Below are positions 28,885 to 39,058 of a stretch of 64,000 nt of DNA, one piece after another. The DNA lies in the NCBI GenBank assembly GCA_963773695.1, contig CAVZCE010000015.1:46744-110743 (forward strand). Reading direction: 5' to 3'. This DNA comes from an uncultured Chloroflexia bacterium. GTDB taxonomy: Bacteria; Chloroflexota; Limnocylindria; QHBO01. The position numbers and the translations under genes were made by a program. The first letter of the stretch is position 1, and every line of letters starts with the position of its first letter. The notes beneath the pieces were generated by a model that worked only from the letters and a program-made list of their open reading frames with translations, had not been told where the DNA came from and searched no databases.

Positions 28885-30543
28885 ATGGCGCTGATCGAGC
28901 TGGCAGTCACGAACCTCGCGGTGATCGAGGGCGTGCGCCTGACCCTCGGGCGCGGGTTCGTGGTGGTGACCGGCGAGACCGGCGCGGGCAAGTCGCTCGT
29001 GGTGGATGCCCTGGCGCTCGCCCTCGGAGCCCGGGGAACGAGCGACCTGGTCCGGGCCGGCGCGGCCTCCCTGCGGGTGGAGGCCATCTTCGACGAGGTG
29101 CCGCGCGACCCGGACGACCCGCTGGACGAGCTGGTCGACCTCAACGACGGGACGCTCATCGTGAGCCGCGAGGTCACTGCCGACGGCCGCTCGCTCGCCC
29201 GCGTGAACGACCGCACGGTGACCGTGGGCGCGCTCGCCGCGTTCGGCGCCCGGTTGGCAGAGATCCACGGCCAGCACGAGCACCAGCGCCTCTTCGCCGC
29301 GGACCGCCAGCGATCGCTGCTCGACCGGTTCGGCGATCACGGTGCGCTGCTCCTCGAGGTGGCCGAGGCGTGGCGCTCATGGCGGTCGATCACGGCCCGT
29401 GCGGAGGAGCTCGTCACCGACCCGCGCGAGGTGCAGCGCCGGACGGACCTCCTGCGCTACCAGATCGCGGAGATCCGGGCCGCCAAGCTCCAGCCGGACG
29501 AGGACGTGGCCCTGGCCGCCCGGCTCAAGGCGGTCCAGAACCTCGAGACGGTGATCCGCGCCGCCGGGGACGCGGTGCGGATCCTCCAGCGCGATGGCGG
29601 CGCCCTCGATGCCCTGCGCGCGGCGCTCGGCCAGCTGGAGGCGGCGGCCGCCCATGACCAGCGGTTCACGGAGATCGCCAGCCGCGGCCGGTCGGTGGTG
29701 GCGGAGGCGACCGAGCTGGGGCGCGACGTCGTTGCCCTGGGCGAGCAGCTCCAGGTCGACCCCGCCACCCGCACCGCCATGGAGGAGCGGCTGGGGCTCA
29801 TCTACGACCTCAAGCGCAAGTACGGCGAGTCGATCGACGCGGTCCACGCCTTCGGCGAGGCGGCCGCGGAGGAGCTCGAGCGCCTCGAGAACCAGGATGC
29901 GCTGCGCGAGCAGCTGCGCCGCGAGGAGGGAGAGGCGCGATTCGCGCTGGATGCGGCGGCCTCCCGGCTCCACGACGCCCGCCGCCGGGCCGCGGACGCC
30001 CTGGTGACACGGGTGAATGCCGAGCTCCCGCCGCTGGGGCTCCCGGGCGACGCATTCGGCATCGATGTGACACCCACGGAGGTCGGTCCGCATGGCGCGG
30101 ACTACGTCGAGTTCCGCTTCGCGCCGAACCCGGGCGAACCTCCACGGCCCATGGCCCGCATCGCGTCCGGCGGCGAGGCGAGCCGCCTGTCGCTCGCGCT
30201 CAAGGTCGTCCTGGCGACCGCGGACGAGACGCCGGTCCTCATCTTCGACGAGGTCGATGCCGGTGTCGGCGGACGCAACGCCGGCTCCCTGGGCGAGCGG
30301 CTGCGGGCGCTGGCCGCCTACCACCAGGTGATCTGCGTCACGCACCTTCCCCAGGTGGCCGCGCATGCCAGCCTCCATCTCCACGTCGGGAAGCGGGTGG
30401 AGGACGGCCGCACGTTCACCGAGGCCCGGGTGCTGACCGGCGAGGCCCGCGCGGACGAGCTGGCGGCAATGCTCGCAGGCGAAGGCGCCGGCGGCGAGGC
30501 GCGCGCGACGGCGGAGGCGCTCCTGCGGGCCGCCGGCGGCTGA
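28885..30543 (+). CDS. recN: DNA repair protein RecN
   Basis: Walker A GETGAGKS, long coiled-coil, C-terminal signature/Walker B (LIFDEVDAGVGG). Confidence 0.9.
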   Translation: MALIELAVTNLAVIEGVRLTLGRGFVVVTGETGAGKSLVVDALALALGARGTSDLVRAGAASLRVEAIFDEVPRDPDDPLDELVDLNDGTLIVSREVTADGRSLARVNDRTVTVGALAAFGARLAEIHGQHEHQRLFAADRQRSLLDRFGDHGALLLEVAEAWRSWRSITARAEELVTDPREVQRRTDLLRYQIAEIRAAKLQPDEDVALAARLKAVQNLETVIRAAGDAVRILQRDGGALDALRAALGQLEAAAAHDQRFTEIASRGRSVVAEATELGRDVVALGEQLQVDPATRTAMEERLGLIYDLKRKYGESIDAVHAFGEAAAEELERLENQDALREQLRREEGEARFALDAAASRLHDARRRAADALVTRVNAELPPLGLPGDAFGIDVTPTEVGPHGADYVEFRFAPNPGEPPRPMARIASGGEASRLSLALKVVLATADETPVLIFDEVDAGVGGRNAGSLGERLRALAAYHQVICVTHLPQVAAHASLHLHVGKRVEDGRTFTEARVLTGEARADELAAMLAGEGAGGEARATAEALLRAAGG

Positions 30544-30553
30544 GGGGCATGCC

Positions 30554-31498
30554 GTGACACTCGAGGCCACGTCCACGTCCACGTCCACGTCCCCGCGAAC
30601 CGCCGATGCCGGCGATCCCGGCCTGGCGGCCGCGCTCGAGGCCTTCCTCCTCGAGCTGCGGGTGGAACGCGGGCTCTCGCCGCTCACCCTGGCGGCTTAC
30701 CGTCGCGATCTCGACCAGTTCGCCGCGTCGCTCGACGGCGGAGACTGGCGCGCGGACCCGGAGATGGCCAGGCGCTTCCTCGCCGGCGTCCGGGCCGCGG
30801 GCCGGCGCGGCGCGACCCTGGCCCGCAAGGCGGCGGCGATCCGCGCCTTCTACGGATTCGCCCTGCGGGAGGGGATCGCGCGCCGCGACATCGCCACACT
30901 CCTCGAGGTGCCTCGGCCGGGTCACTACCTGCCCGACGTCCTCACCGCGCGCCAGGTCGCCGCGATCCTCGAGGCGCCCGGCGACACGGAGCCGGCGGGC
31001 ATCCGCGACGCGGCGATCCTGGAGCTCCTCTACGCCTGCGGGCTGCGCGTGAGCGAGCTGACCGGCCTGGATCTCGAGCGGCTCGACCTGCCGGCGCTGC
31101 AGGTGCGGGTCATCGGCAAGGGGAACCGCGAGCGCCGCGTCCCCATGGGGGAGCCCGCGCGCGATCGGCTCCATCGGTACCTTGCCGGCCCGCGGGAGAC
31201 CTGGACGACGGGAAAGCCCACCCCGGCGGTCTTCGTCAGCCAGCGCGGGCATCGGCTCGGCCGAGAGGCGGTGTGGCGCATCGTGCAGCGCTGGAGCGCG
31301 GTCGCGGGAGTGGCCGAGCGGGTCACGCCGCACACGTTCCGGCACAGCTTCGCGACCCATCTGCTGGAGGGCGGGGCCGACCTCCGCGTGGTCCAGGCCC
31401 TGCTCGGCCATGCTAGCATCACCACCACCCAGCTCTACACCCACCTGACCGGCGAACGGGTGCGCGAGGTCTACGCGCGGTCGCACCCGCGCGCCTGA
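30554..31498 (+). CDS. xerD: Chromosome-dimer-resolution tyrosine recombinase XerD (or XerC)
   Basis: R…HxxR…Y catalytic set (ARHSFATHLLEGGADLRVVQALLGHASITTTQLYTH); synteny with scpAB as in actinobacteria. Confidence 0.8.
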   Translation: MTLEATSTSTSTSPRTADAGDPGLAAALEAFLLELRVERGLSPLTLAAYRRDLDQFAASLDGGDWRADPEMARRFLAGVRAAGRRGATLARKAAAIRAFYGFALREGIARRDIATLLEVPRPGHYLPDVLTARQVAAILEAPGDTEPAGIRDAAILELLYACGLRVSELTGLDLERLDLPALQVRVIGKGNRERRVPMGEPARDRLHRYLAGPRETWTTGKPTPAVFVSQRGHRLGREAVWRIVQRWSAVAGVAERVTPHTFRHSFATHLLEGGADLRVVQALLGHASITTTQLYTHLTGERVREVYARSHPRA

Positions 31499-31531
31499 CG
31501 GAACGGTCCCGACGCGAGCGGAGCGCCCCCC

Positions 31532-32341
31532 ATGAGTTACGCAAGAAACCTGCTGAGCCGAGGCGAGGAGATCGTCTTCGAGACCCGGCAGCACTGGTTC
31601 GCGGTCCTCGCCCAGGTCTGGCTGTTCGCGCTGCTCGCGGTCCTGTCGCTGGCGGTCGTGATCTGGCAGACCTCCGTGGCGGACTGGGAGATGCGCGGGC
31701 TGCTGCAGGTCATCGGCCTGGTGGTCCTCCTGGGATCGCTGGTGCGCATCGGCCTCGTCCTGTGGGCGTGGCAGAACCAGGAGTACCTGGTCACGACGCG
31801 CCGGGTGATCAAGGCGGAGGGCATCTTCAACAAGACGATGGGCGACTCGAGCCTCGAGAAGATCAACGACGCGCACCTGAGCCAGAGCTGGATCGGCCGC
31901 ATCTTCGGCTACGGGCACCTCGACATCATGACCGCCTCCGACGAGCCGGGTGCCGTGGACGACTTCCCCATGATGGCCGATGCCGTCGAGTTCAAGATCG
32001 CGATGCTCAACCAGAAGGAGCTCCTCGACCGGCCCGATCTCGCACCCCCGGCTGCCCAGCGCCGTTCCGCACCGCCCGCGATGCAGCGCGCCGAGCCGAT
32101 GCCGCCGCGGGCGGGCTCGGACCGGGTGCAGACCGTCCAGGCGCACTTCGAAGCCGCCCCGGCGGCCCCTGCGGCGGTTCGTGTGCCCGACGCCGCTGCT
32201 CAGGCTCCCGCCCCGCGGTCGGCCGGTGCCGGCGAGGAGCTCGCCTCCACGCTGGAGCGGCTCGCCGGCCTGCGGGATCGTGGCCTCATCACCGATGCCG
32301 AGTACGAGGCGAAGAAGCGCGACATCCTGGAGCGGATGTAG
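31532..32341 (+). CDS. Membrane protein with bacterial PH (YdbS/bPH_2) domain and C-terminal SHOCT motif
   Basis: Two transmembrane helices, then YLVTTRRVIKAEGIFNKT… bPH fold; the C-terminus DRGLITDAEYEAKKRDILERM is a SHOCT motif. Confidence 0.5.
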   Translation: MSYARNLLSRGEEIVFETRQHWFAVLAQVWLFALLAVLSLAVVIWQTSVADWEMRGLLQVIGLVVLLGSLVRIGLVLWAWQNQEYLVTTRRVIKAEGIFNKTMGDSSLEKINDAHLSQSWIGRIFGYGHLDIMTASDEPGAVDDFPMMADAVEFKIAMLNQKELLDRPDLAPPAAQRRSAPPAMQRAEPMPPRAGSDRVQTVQAHFEAAPAAPAAVRVPDAAAQAPAPRSAGAGEELASTLERLAGLRDRGLITDAEYEAKKRDILERM

Positions 32342-33232
32342 ATGGCCGAGCCTCGCCTCGGCGCCCTGCCGGACGGGATCTACGGCCGAGAGCTCGAGCG
32401 CCGCATCCGCGAGGCGGCGGACGAGGTGCGCAGCCGGCTGGCCCCGGTCCCGCAGCTTGGGAACCCACGGCTCGTCTTCGTGCTGGGCAGCGGCCTCGGC
32501 GGGGTCGCGGACCTGCTCGATCCCGCACCCCGGGTGACGATCCCGTACGGCGAGATCCCCCACGTCCCGGTGGGCAGCGTCGAGGGCCACGCGGGCGAGC
32601 TCGTCGCCGGCCTCGCGGCCGGAACCCCTGCCCTGGTCCTTTCCGGCCGGGCGCACCCGTACGAGGGCTTCAGCCACCGCGAGGTGACGATCCTGCTCCG
32701 CGCCTGCCTCACGCTTGGGGCGCGGACCGTGGTCGTCACGAACGCCTCGGGCGGTCTCAACCCCGCGTACGACCCGGGTGACGTGATGCTCATCGCCGAC
32801 ACGATCAACCTCTCCGGCGACAACCCGCTCCTCGGTCCCAACCTGGTCGAGCTGGGTCCTCGCTTCGTGCCCATGGCGGACGCCTTCGACGCTGAGCTGC
32901 GCGCTGCCGCCCGGGCCGCGGCGGAGCGGGCGGGCGTGGAGCTGCGCGAGGGCGTCTACATCATGCTTTCCGGCCCGAACTACGAGACGCGCGCCGAGAT
33001 GCGGATGCTGCGGACGCTGGGAGGGGATGCGGTCGGGATGAGCACCGTGCCCGAGGTGCTGGTGGCACGCCACGCGGGGGCGCGGGTGATCGGCTTCAGC
33101 CTGGTGACGAACAAGGCGACCGACGACGTGGACCACCCGGTGACCCACGAGGAGGTGCTCCAGATGGGGCCTGTTGGCGCGCGCAGGCTCCTCGGCGTCC
33201 TCCGCGAGCTGCTGGCGGAGCTGGCGCGGTGA
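32342..33232 (+). CDS. Purine nucleoside phosphorylase (PNP/MTAP family)
   Basis: Phosphate-binding GSGLG; …MSTVPEV…; family-I PNP layout. Confidence 0.8.
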   Translation: MAEPRLGALPDGIYGRELERRIREAADEVRSRLAPVPQLGNPRLVFVLGSGLGGVADLLDPAPRVTIPYGEIPHVPVGSVEGHAGELVAGLAAGTPALVLSGRAHPYEGFSHREVTILLRACLTLGARTVVVTNASGGLNPAYDPGDVMLIADTINLSGDNPLLGPNLVELGPRFVPMADAFDAELRAAARAAAERAGVELREGVYIMLSGPNYETRAEMRMLRTLGGDAVGMSTVPEVLVARHAGARVIGFSLVTNKATDDVDHPVTHEEVLQMGPVGARRLLGVLRELLAELAR

Positions 33233-33858
33233 TCTTCCTGAATGCCTCCCCGATCGAGCTGACAGGCATCCTCCTGGCGCTCGTCATCGCGATCACCTGC
33301 CACGAGTTCAGCCACGCCTTCGTGGCCGACACCTTCGGTGACCACCAGCCGCGGGCGATGGGCCGCGTCTCGCTGAACCCGGTCCGTCACATCGACCCGC
33401 TCGGCGCGGTCGTTTTCCTCATCGCCGGGTTCGGCTGGGGCCGTCCCGTCGGGGTCAACGTGTATGGGCTGCGCGGCGGCCGCCGGTCGATGGCCTGGGT
33501 CTCCGCCGCCGGTCCCTTCACGAACCTGGTGGTGGCGCTCGCCTTCGGCGTCGTCTACCGCGCGCTGATCCTGGCCGGCGACCCGGTGGTCTGGCTGACC
33601 GACATCCTGTGGGTCATCGTCCTGCTCAACGTCGTCCTGGCGTTCTTCAACTTCCTGCCCATCCCGCCGCTCGACGGATACAACTTCGTCCTCGCCTTCC
33701 TTCCGGTCCAGCAGGTCTTCGCGGTCCAGCGCTACGCCCAGTACGGGATGCTGCTCCTTCTCCTGCTGGTCGTCTTCTCGTACGGGCCCGGCGGCGGGCC
33801 GCTCGGGCTTCTCTTCAGCGCGGCGACGACGGTCGCCAGGCTCATCGTCGGTGCATAG
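33229..33858 (+). CDS. Site-2 protease family (peptidase M50) small membrane metalloprotease
   Basis: HEFSH zinc motif in a transmembrane helix; downstream LDG motif (LPIPPLDGYNF). Confidence 0.55.
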   Translation: MIFLNASPIELTGILLALVIAITCHEFSHAFVADTFGDHQPRAMGRVSLNPVRHIDPLGAVVFLIAGFGWGRPVGVNVYGLRGGRRSMAWVSAAGPFTNLVVALAFGVVYRALILAGDPVVWLTDILWVIVLLNVVLAFFNFLPIPPLDGYNFVLAFLPVQQVFAVQRYAQYGMLLLLLLVVFSYGPGGGPLGLLFSAATTVARLIVGA

Positions 33859-34336
33859 GGTCCGCCAGTTCGTCGGCCACCTCTCCGCCCGCGTCACCCC
33901 CGACGAGGAGGCCCGGGCCCACCGGATGCTCCCCGCCGCCGCCTGGTCGCTGTTCGACGCCATGCCCGTCGCGGATCGACGCCACGGGCTCGACGTCGCC
34001 GGGCGTCTGCTCGACGCCGGTCTGGACGATCCGGACCTGCTCGCCGCTGCCCTCGTCCACGATGGCGCGAAGGGCCATCGGCTCAGCCTCTGGCACCGCG
34101 TGGGCGGCGTGCTCCTGGAGGCCGTCGCGCCGCGCGCGCTCCTGCGCATGGCGAACGCGGACCCCGCGGCGCCCGGGTATCCGTGGTACCTGTACCTCCA
34201 CCACGATGAGCTCTCCGCGCAGCTCGCACGCCGGGCGGGGCTCTCGCAGCGGGCGGCGGACTTCATCGCCGGAAGGGCTGGCGCCCCCGACGCGCAGCTG
34301 GCGGCCGCACTGCGGCGGGCAGACGATGCAAGCTGA
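33851..34336 (+). CDS. Hypothetical HD-domain-like phosphohydrolase
   Basis: Weak HD-like pattern (…RRHGLDVA…LVHDGAKG…). Confidence 0.3.
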   Translation: MHRVRQFVGHLSARVTPDEEARAHRMLPAAAWSLFDAMPVADRRHGLDVAGRLLDAGLDDPDLLAAALVHDGAKGHRLSLWHRVGGVLLEAVAPRALLRMANADPAAPGYPWYLYLHHDELSAQLARRAGLSQRAADFIAGRAGAPDAQLAAALRRADDAS

Positions 34337-35162
34337 GCCGATGCAGAGCGCGGCGATCCCGGTCGGACCCGGCCAGCCGGCGGTGGCGGTGCCCATCCAG
34401 CCGGAGACCGATGCCGACGCCTTCTCGGTCCGGCTCGAGGTGTTCGAAGGCCCGCTCCAGCTCCTGCTCCACCTCATCGAGTCGCGCCAGCTCGACGTGC
34501 TGTCCGTGCCGCTGGCCGAGCTGGCCGACGCCTACGTGGCGCACCTGGCCACGAACCCGGTCGATGCGGCCAACCTGTCCGAGTTCGTCGCCATTGCCGC
34601 GCAGCTCATCCTGCTCAAGTCCCGCCGCCTGCTCCCCGGTGATTCCGGACCCGCCGAGGCGGCGGAGGGCGACGAGCCGAACGAGGAGGAGCTGCGCCGG
34701 CGCCTCATCGAGTACCGCGCCCTGAGAGACGCGGCCCGCGCGCTGGGGGAGCTCGACCTCGCTCGGCCGGCGCTGCGGCGGGAGCCGAGGGAGGCTGACC
34801 TCCCCGAGGCACCGATGCCGCCGCTGCCCGTGACGCTCCTCGTGGAGGCGCTGCAGCGGCTGGCGGCCGTGGCGGAGCCGGTGCCCGAGCCGCCGGAGAT
34901 CGTGGCCCGGGAGATCACCATCGGCATGCAGATCACGGCCCTGCGCGAGGCCCTGGCCGCGACCGGCCATGTCATCCTGCAGGCGGTGCTGGCGACCTGC
35001 CGCTCGCGCACCGAAGCTGCGGTGACCGTGCTTGCCGCGCTCGAGCTCGTTCGCCGTCGCCAGGTGCAGGTTTCCCAGGATCGGATCTTCGGCCCGATCC
35101 TCATCGAGCCGATGCCGGCCGCTGCAGGCGAGCCGTCCATGGTCCTGGAGGGAGGGGAATGA
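34326..35162 (+). CDS. scpA: Segregation and condensation protein A
   Basis: FEGPLQLLLHLIESRQLDVLSVPLAELADAY kleisin N-terminus. Confidence 0.8.
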   Translation: MQAEPMQSAAIPVGPGQPAVAVPIQPETDADAFSVRLEVFEGPLQLLLHLIESRQLDVLSVPLAELADAYVAHLATNPVDAANLSEFVAIAAQLILLKSRRLLPGDSGPAEAAEGDEPNEEELRRRLIEYRALRDAARALGELDLARPALRREPREADLPEAPMPPLPVTLLVEALQRLAAVAEPVPEPPEIVAREITIGMQITALREALAATGHVILQAVLATCRSRTEAAVTVLAALELVRRRQVQVSQDRIFGPILIEPMPAAAGEPSMVLEGGE

Positions 35163-35740
35163 CGATCGAGGACCCGGCCGAGCTGGGCGCTTTCCTGGAG
35201 GCTCTGCTCTTCATCGCCGAGCGACCCCTGACGACTGCCGAGATCGCCGAGCTCGCGGGTGTCCCGCGCCTGCACGCGGAAGCCGGGCTCTCGGCCCTGG
35301 CCGAGGACCTGGAGGCGGGGGAGCGCGGCCTGCGCCTGCAGCGACTCGACGACGCGTGGCAGCTTGTGACGGCGCCCGCGGTCGGCGCCCGCCTCGCGGC
35401 CTACGCCTCGCGGGAGGAGGCCCGCCTCAGCCCTCCGGCGCTCGAGGCGCTGGCCATCGTCGCCTACCGGCAGCCGGTCACGCGAGGGGAGGTGGAGCGG
35501 GTGCGCGGGGTCGACTCGGACTACGTGCTGCGCACGCTCCTGCACCGCCGACTGATCACCGAAGTCGGACGCCGCGACACGCCGGGACGACCGATCCTGT
35601 ACGGGACGACGTTCACCTTCATGGAGCGCTTCGGGCTCACCTCGCTCGACGACCTGCCGCCCCTGCCGACGGCGGTCGCGGTGGCGACCGCCGCGAGCTC
35701 GGTGGAGGACGAGGCGCCGTCGCTGACCGATGCCGGCTGA
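35159..35740 (+). CDS. scpB: Segregation and condensation protein B
   Basis: Tandem winged-helix ScpB (LEALLFIAERPLT…EALAIVAYRQPVTRGEVERVRGV). Confidence 0.8.
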   Translation: MTIEDPAELGAFLEALLFIAERPLTTAEIAELAGVPRLHAEAGLSALAEDLEAGERGLRLQRLDDAWQLVTAPAVGARLAAYASREEARLSPPALEALAIVAYRQPVTRGEVERVRGVDSDYVLRTLLHRRLITEVGRRDTPGRPILYGTTFTFMERFGLTSLDDLPPLPTAVAVATAASSVEDEAPSLTDAG

Positions 35741-37193
35741 ACGCCTGCAGAAGGTTCTCGCGCGCGCCGGCGTCGCCTCGCGGCGCGCGGCGGAGTCGCT
35801 GATCGCCGAGGGCCGCGTCACGGTGAACGAGATCCCGGCCACGGTCGGCGCCAGCGCCGACCCGGAGCGCGACCGGATCGCGGTGGACGGGAAGGCGGTC
35901 GGCGCGGCGCCGGCGGCCGTCCACCTCGCCGTCCACAAGCCGCGCGGCATCCTCTCGTCCGCCAGGGACGAGCGTGGGCGCCGCTCGATCATCTCGCTCG
36001 TCGGCGACGAGGTCCCCGGTCGGCTCTGGCCGGCCGGCCGCCTCGACGCGGATTCGGAGGGGCTGATGCTCCTGACGAACGACGGCGGGTGGGCGAACCA
36101 TGTCCTGCATCCTCGCTACGGCCTGGAGCGCGAGTACGCGGTGCTCGTCGACCCGTCGCCCGAGCCGGAGACCCTGGCCCGGCTTCGGGCCGGCATCGAG
36201 CTGGACGATGGCGTCGCGCGCCTGCTCACCGCGCACCGCGGGGCGCCGCCGCCCGAGATCGTGCGCGAGGGTGGTGAGCGCGGCGCCTGGCTGCGGGTGC
36301 GGGTCGGCGAGGGCCGCAAGCGCGAGGTGCGCCGCCTCTTCGCGGCCGAGGGCTACCGGGTGCGGCGGCTGGCCCGCGTGGCGCTGGGGCCGCTCACCGT
36401 CGGCGGTCTGCGGGAGGGGGCCTGGCGTCGCCTGAAGCCCGGCGAGGTGGCGGCGCTCGCGGGTGCCGCCGCGACGCGCCCGGCTCCGGCGGGACCCATC
36501 AGCGTGGCGATCGACGGCCCGTCCGGGTCCGGAAAGAGCACGGTGGGGCACGCGGTGGCGATCGCCATCGGTGCCACCTTCGTCGACACCGGCCTCATGT
36601 ATCGGGCCCTGACCCTGGCTGCCATCGAGCAGCACGTCGACCCCGACGACGGCGAGGCCCTGGGCCGCCTTGCCCGCCGCGCCCGCATCCACGTGCGCAA
36701 GCCACGCCCGGGCGAGACGGACCGCCTGGAGACGGTCCTCCTCGGTCGGCGCGACGTCACCGGCGAGGTGCGCACGCCGCGCATCGACCGGCTGGTCTCC
36801 CGGGTGAGCCGGCACGCCCGCGTCCGTGACGCGATGGTCGTCGCACAGCGCACCACCGCGCGGGCGGGAGACGCGGTGATGGTGGGGCGCGACATCGGTA
36901 CCGTCGTGCTCCCGGATGCGACGCTGAAGGTGTACCTCACCGCCTCGACGATCGTCCGCGCCGCTCGCCGCGCGGCCGAGATGGGGCGTCCGGACCGCGC
37001 CTCGGAATATCTGTCGGAGATCGAGCAGCGCGATGCGGCGGACTCGAGCCGCGCCGTCGCCCCCCTGCGCAAGGCGGCCGGCGCCCTGGTGCTCGATACC
37101 GGCGAGCTGTCCGTCGACGAGTGCGTGGCCGCCATCGTCGCCCGGCTGCCCGCGCGGGTCCGCTCCGGCCGCCGGGAGGCGGCGCGCGCATGA
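35730..37193 (+). CDS. In-frame fusion: pseudouridine synthase RluB-like (S4 plus RsuA) and cytidylate kinase
   Basis: The N-terminal half is an S4/RluB module (LQKVLARAGVASRR…, LDADSEGLMLLTNDG catalytic Asp). From about aa 255 a P-loop cytidylate kinase follows (ISVAIDGPSGSGKSTVGHAVA…). No stop codon separates them. Confidence 0.65.
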   Translation: MPAERLQKVLARAGVASRRAAESLIAEGRVTVNEIPATVGASADPERDRIAVDGKAVGAAPAAVHLAVHKPRGILSSARDERGRRSIISLVGDEVPGRLWPAGRLDADSEGLMLLTNDGGWANHVLHPRYGLEREYAVLVDPSPEPETLARLRAGIELDDGVARLLTAHRGAPPPEIVREGGERGAWLRVRVGEGRKREVRRLFAAEGYRVRRLARVALGPLTVGGLREGAWRRLKPGEVAALAGAAATRPAPAGPISVAIDGPSGSGKSTVGHAVAIAIGATFVDTGLMYRALTLAAIEQHVDPDDGEALGRLARRARIHVRKPRPGETDRLETVLLGRRDVTGEVRTPRIDRLVSRVSRHARVRDAMVVAQRTTARAGDAVMVGRDIGTVVLPDATLKVYLTASTIVRAARRAAEMGRPDRASEYLSEIEQRDAADSSRAVAPLRKAAGALVLDTGELSVDECVAAIVARLPARVRSGRREAARA

Positions 37194-37894
37194 CGGCGAG
37201 CGGCCGCCGGGACGCCACCTGGTTCTACCGCCCCGGCTCGATCATGACCCGGCTCGGGATGCGGATCCTGGGCCCCCTGAGCATCGAAGGGCTGGACCGG
37301 GTGCCGCGCGAGGGGGCCTTCATCCTGGTCTCGAACCACCTGTCGAATCTCGACCCGCTCATCGTGGGCGCGACCTGCGGGGACCTCAACGATCGGATCA
37401 TCTACTTCATGGCGAAGGTGGAGATGCTGCGCTGGCCGGTGATCGGCTGGCTCGCCTCCCAGGCGGGCGTCTTCTTCGTGCGGCGCGGGGGGGGCGACCG
37501 CGGGGCCCAGCGCACGGCGCTGGAGCACCTGGCCGCCGGGAGTCCGGTCGGCGTCTTCCCGGAGGGTCACCGATCGCGCATGGCCCGCATGCAGGAAGGC
37601 CAGGCGGGGGCGGCTCTGCTCGCGCTGCGCTCCGGCGCGCCGCTCATCCCGGTCGCCGTCACCGGCACGGAGCACATCTTTCCCGGGCATTCGCGGATCC
37701 CGCACCGCTCCCCGGTCCACGTGCGCGTCGGAGAGCCGTTCAGGCTGTCCCACCGGCCCGACGGTCGGCTCGACCGCGCCGAGCTGGCGGAGGGCACGGA
37801 GCAGATCATGCGCACGATCGCCGGCCTCCTGCCCGAGGCGTACCGCGGCCGATACGGCACGGACCCTGCAGCCCCTGGCCCCACGACTGACTGA
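37190..37894 (+). CDS. plsC: 1-acyl-sn-glycerol-3-phosphate acyltransferase
   Basis: NHLSNLDP HX4D motif; FPEGHRS; ATG overlaps the cmk stop. Confidence 0.7.
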   Translation: MTASGRRDATWFYRPGSIMTRLGMRILGPLSIEGLDRVPREGAFILVSNHLSNLDPLIVGATCGDLNDRIIYFMAKVEMLRWPVIGWLASQAGVFFVRRGGGDRGAQRTALEHLAAGSPVGVFPEGHRSRMARMQEGQAGAALLALRSGAPLIPVAVTGTEHIFPGHSRIPHRSPVHVRVGEPFRLSHRPDGRLDRAELAEGTEQIMRTIAGLLPEAYRGRYGTDPAAPGPTTD

Positions 37895-37924
37895 ACGCGC
37901 CGCGACCCCTAGAATGGAGGGGCA

Positions 37925-38803
37925 ATGACCACCGCGACCCCTATCCGTCCCGAGGTCCGCATCGCCGAGCGCGCCGGTTTCTGCTACGGCGTCCGCCTGG
38001 CGATCGACAAGGCCAAGCATGCCCGCCAGGAGGGCAAGGAGGTCACCACCCTCGGGCAGCTCGTCCATAACCCCGGCATCAAGGCCGATCTCTCCGATCG
38101 GGGGATCCGCACCGCGGACCTCGCCGACCAGGTCGAGGGCGGCACGCTCGTCATCCGCGCGCACGGGGTGCCGGCGAGCGAGATGAGCGCGTTGAAGACG
38201 AAGGGCGAGCTCGAGGTGATCGACGCCACCTGCACCTGGGTGATCCAGAGCCAGAAGGCCGCCGCGGAGCTCGCGGAGCAGGGGTACACCGTCTGCATCA
38301 TCGGTCACGAGGACCATCCGGAGATCAAGGGCGTGCGCAGCTACGCCGGCGAGCACCATGTCGTCGTGGACGACATGGACCATTCAACGTGGGAGCGCGT
38401 CCCGCACACGAAGAAGATCGGGGTCCTGTCGCAGTCGACGATCCTGCCCTCCAAGCTCGAGGAGTTCGCCGCCTTCTGCCTGCGCCGCTGCCACGACCTG
38501 CGGGTGGTGAACACGGTATGCCCGGTGACCCTCACCCGCCAGGCGGATTCGGTCGTCCTCGCCGGCGAGGTGGACGGCATGGTCGTGGTTGGAGGCAAGA
38601 ACAGCTCGAACACCCGTGAGCTCGCGGTGAAGTGCCGCGAGGTCTGCGACCAGGTGATCCACATCGAGGACGCGGACGAGCTCGAGCGCGAGCACCGCGA
38701 CTGGCTCGCCGGCAAGGGGAGCGTCGGGATCACCGGTGGCACCTCCACCCCCGAGATCGACCTGGAGGCGGTCCGCGACCGCGTCTACGCCCTCAGCGCC
38801 TGA
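37925..38803 (+). CDS. ispH: 4-hydroxy-3-methylbut-2-enyl diphosphate reductase
   Basis: Three conserved Cys (FCYGV…, CTWV…, NTVCPVT…); 292 aa. Confidence 0.9.
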   Translation: MTTATPIRPEVRIAERAGFCYGVRLAIDKAKHARQEGKEVTTLGQLVHNPGIKADLSDRGIRTADLADQVEGGTLVIRAHGVPASEMSALKTKGELEVIDATCTWVIQSQKAAAELAEQGYTVCIIGHEDHPEIKGVRSYAGEHHVVVDDMDHSTWERVPHTKKIGVLSQSTILPSKLEEFAAFCLRRCHDLRVVNTVCPVTLTRQADSVVLAGEVDGMVVVGGKNSSNTRELAVKCREVCDQVIHIEDADELEREHRDWLAGKGSVGITGGTSTPEIDLEAVRDRVYALSA

Positions 38804-38806
38804 TCC

Positions 38807-38850
38807 GCCGGCTGACCACGCCGGCTGACGCCGCCGGCTGACTACGCCGA
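38807..38850. repeat. Three tandem copies of GCCGGCTGAC(N3-4) directly after the ispH stop
   Basis: Read directly: ccgccggctgaccacgccggctgacgccgccggctgactacgcc. Confidence 0.5.
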
Positions 38851-39058
38851 GGACTCACACAGCGCGGATCTGCCCATCGGCGCCCCACCTGAACCACCGA
38901 TGTGCTGGAGCAGCGCGCGCGAAGCAACCGCCGCGCCGGTGTACTCGCCCACCGAGTCATCGAGGGCGCAGGGCAGGAGCAGCGCCCGGCAGCGGTCGCA
39001 GGCCGGAGGCGGCCCATCATGGCCCCGCCGGACGTGATTCCCCGTACACTCTGTGCGC

